A stretch of DNA of 64,000 bases from contig CAXXSM010000105.1 of NCBI GenBank assembly GCA_963663405.2, positions 32,001-96,000 on the forward strand. Direction: 5' to 3'. Under the pieces are notes generated by a model, which was not told where the DNA came from, did no database searches, and saw only the letters and a list, made by a program, of their open reading frames with translations. Made by a program: the position numbers and the translations under genes. Shown here piece by piece: positions 62,199 to 64,000 of the stretch (position 1 is its first letter; each line of letters begins with the position of its first letter). Source of the stretch: a bacterium. GTDB lineage: Bacteria > Hinthialibacterota > Hinthialibacteria > Hinthialibacterales > Hinthialibacteraceae.

Positions 62199-64000
62199 AT
62201 GAGAATTCTTTTTGTTAACCATACATTCCCCCCTGAAAGTTACGCTGGTTCGGAACTGTGTGTTTTAAATTTGGCGCATGAATTGCAGCGCCGGGGCCAT
62301 CAGACCGCCGCGTTCTATCGATACGCCGATCCAACAGACGAAGAATACCGGATTCGATCCGGCTCGTTTGAATCAATCCCTATACATAAAATCAATCATA
62401 CATTCCGGTTTATCGATACCTTCCAATCGATCTATGTCAATTCAGCGATCGCGGCTAAATTCTCGCATCTCCTCTATGAATTCAAACCCGATGTCGTACA
62501 TTTTCACCATCTCACCAATCTGTCACTCTCCCTCGCGCATGAAGCAAAAATGTACGGAGCCGCCGCCATCATGACGTTGCACGATTACTGGCTTTTATGC
62601 CAGCGGGGTCAGCTGTTAAAACAAGATCTCAGCCTCTGTGCGGGGCCCAGTGAGGAGGATTGCCGATCCTGCCTCGCAATACAACTTCTGCGGGGTACCG
62701 CGCAGCGCTGCGCCGCAGGATTGTTTAAACGAAGCGTCAAACGATCGCGCCCTGAGGAAAAAGTGTATGACCTGATGGATCTGAGAAAGGCCGAACGCAA
62801 GACTCCAGATCCTAATTTCATCAGTCAGGCTGTATTTGATCTCGGAGGGGATTCGGTTCCCGCGCTGCTGACTCATCCTCCCGCGGAACTCATCTATCCG
62901 ATCCAGTTAAACCGCCCAGCCCGTCTGCGCAGCGCGGTGGCCATGCATCCTTCCACATTCGATTGCGAAGGAGGCGGTGTGCGATTTGAAGTTTTACGCA
63001 ATCAATCGGTTCTGTTTTCACGCGCGATCGATGCAAAACAAAACCATGATCATCGGCGATGGTTTCCGTTTGACATCGCGCTCGATCCATCCGATCGAGA
63101 GGACGATTGCTTAACCCTTCGCGTTCACGCGGAAAATCCGGAAAACAATCAATTTTGTTCGGCGGGGTGGCGGGAACCTTCGATCGTATATATTGACGGT
63201 CCAGATTTTCCACGCAAATTAGAATCTCCCCGAAAACGTCAATTACGCTCGCTAATCTATCAAGCCGCCTACGTAGCCGCTGGGGCCGCCGCCGCATTCT
63301 CCCCCAAAGCCAGGGAAGGCATTCGCCACCGCCGCAACTGGATAAACCGGATCATCAACGAGATGGATCAATTTATTTCGCCCTCCCGTTTCTTGATGGA
63401 ATTCTTCCTCCGGCATGGCATGCCGGAAGAGAAGATCGTTTTTTCGGATAATGGTTTCATCCGGCCCGAAATTGAGCCAAAAGCCCCTGTCGGTTCCCCG
63501 ATCCGGTTTGGATACATTGGTACCTGGATTCCATCAAAGGGAGTGGATATCGCGCTACAGGCATTCGAGAAAATCGATCCAGCGAAAGCGAAATTAACCA
63601 TACATGGATTCTTTCCCGGTTTCGATGGCTATGAAGACTATGAGACACAACTTCGAGCCATGGCGGGACCGGCGGTGGAATTTCATGGACGGTACGATCC
63701 GAAGGATGTCTATAGTCTCCTTGCAGAGATGGATTGCCTCATCGTACCTTCGATCTGGTGGGAAAATTCTCCTCTTACCACCCATGAAGCGTTTCTGGCC
63801 CACGTTCCTTTAATCGTTGCGGACGTTGGAGGTATGGCGGAACAGGTCAAACAGGGCGGTGGCCTTTTGTTCCGGCATCGTGATTTCACCAGTTTGCGAA
63901 TGGTGATTGAAACAATCATTCAAGAACCCACAATCTTAGACAATCTACGAGCGGAGATTCCCGATGTAAAATCCGTCCGCCGTCATGCGGATGAATTGAT
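62199..64000 (+). CDS. GT4 glycosyltransferase with an inserted beta-sandwich domain; 3'-truncated by the window edge
   Basis: Hand translation from ATG 62199: MRILFVNHTFPPESYAGSE, PDVVHFHHL, TLHDYWLLC, FISPSRF, GYIGT..PSKG, VPSIWWENSPL..HEA, DVGGMAE. No stop before the window end. Confidence 0.9.
   Translation, partial: MRILFVNHTFPPESYAGSELCVLNLAHELQRRGHQTAAFYRYADPTDEEYRIRSGSFESIPIHKINHTFRFIDTFQSIYVNSAIAAKFSHLLYEFKPDVVHFHHLTNLSLSLAHEAKMYGAAAIMTLHDYWLLCQRGQLLKQDLSLCAGPSEEDCRSCLAIQLLRGTAQRCAAGLFKRSVKRSRPEEKVYDLMDLRKAERKTPDPNFISQAVFDLGGDSVPALLTHPPAELIYPIQLNRPARLRSAVAMHPSTFDCEGGGVRFEVLRNQSVLFSRAIDAKQNHDHRRWFPFDIALDPSDREDDCLTLRVHAENPENNQFCSAGWREPSIVYIDGPDFPRKLESPRKRQLRSLIYQAAYVAAGAAAAFSPKAREGIRHRRNWINRIINEMDQFISPSRFLMEFFLRHGMPEEKIVFSDNGFIRPEIEPKAPVGSPIRFGYIGTWIPSKGVDIALQAFEKIDPAKAKLTIHGFFPGFDGYEDYETQLRAMAGPAVEFHGRYDPKDVYSLLAEMDCLIVPSIWWENSPLTTHEAFLAHVPLIVADVGGMAEQVKQGGGLLFRHRDFTSLRMVIETIIQEPTILDNLRAEIPDVKSVRRHADEL

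Overview
Bacterial chromosomal window of moderate GC with several AT-rich patches. No rRNA, tRNA, CRISPR array, prophage or transposase was seen. Core genes are dnaB (preceded by an oriC-like DnaA-box cluster), lepA, a complete F1Fo ATP synthase operon (atpZ-I-B-E-F-H-A-G-D-C), icd, mdh, glnB, nadK and tlyA. Accessory content: acidic secreted proteins, a split spermidine-synthase-like pair, tandem hemerythrins, an AspT/YidE transporter, a BMP/Nup-type ABC transporter, an orphan pseudopilin, a 9-kb Fe-S / beta-propeller operon, an ECF sigma module, Tat-exported oxidoreductases, dgoD, three Maf-like proteins, glycosyltransferases, a degenerate NtrC-like regulator and small low-GC inserts. The best novelty candidates are (1) a shared C-terminal V-x-x-W-x-L-[YRF]-stop tag on three unrelated acidic secreted proteins, a possible undescribed sorting signal; (2) the Tat-ferredoxin / NapH-like / four PQQ-like propeller / CGCC-NHL operon; (3) an origin-like region next to dnaB; (4) an ATGAAAAT-ended REP/MITE-like repeat family. 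Five frameshifts are all single-base insertions and look like sequencing errors. The protein style recalls candidate-phylum Hinthialibacterota (OLB16) or Sumerlaeota genomes, but that is recollection, not a search result.
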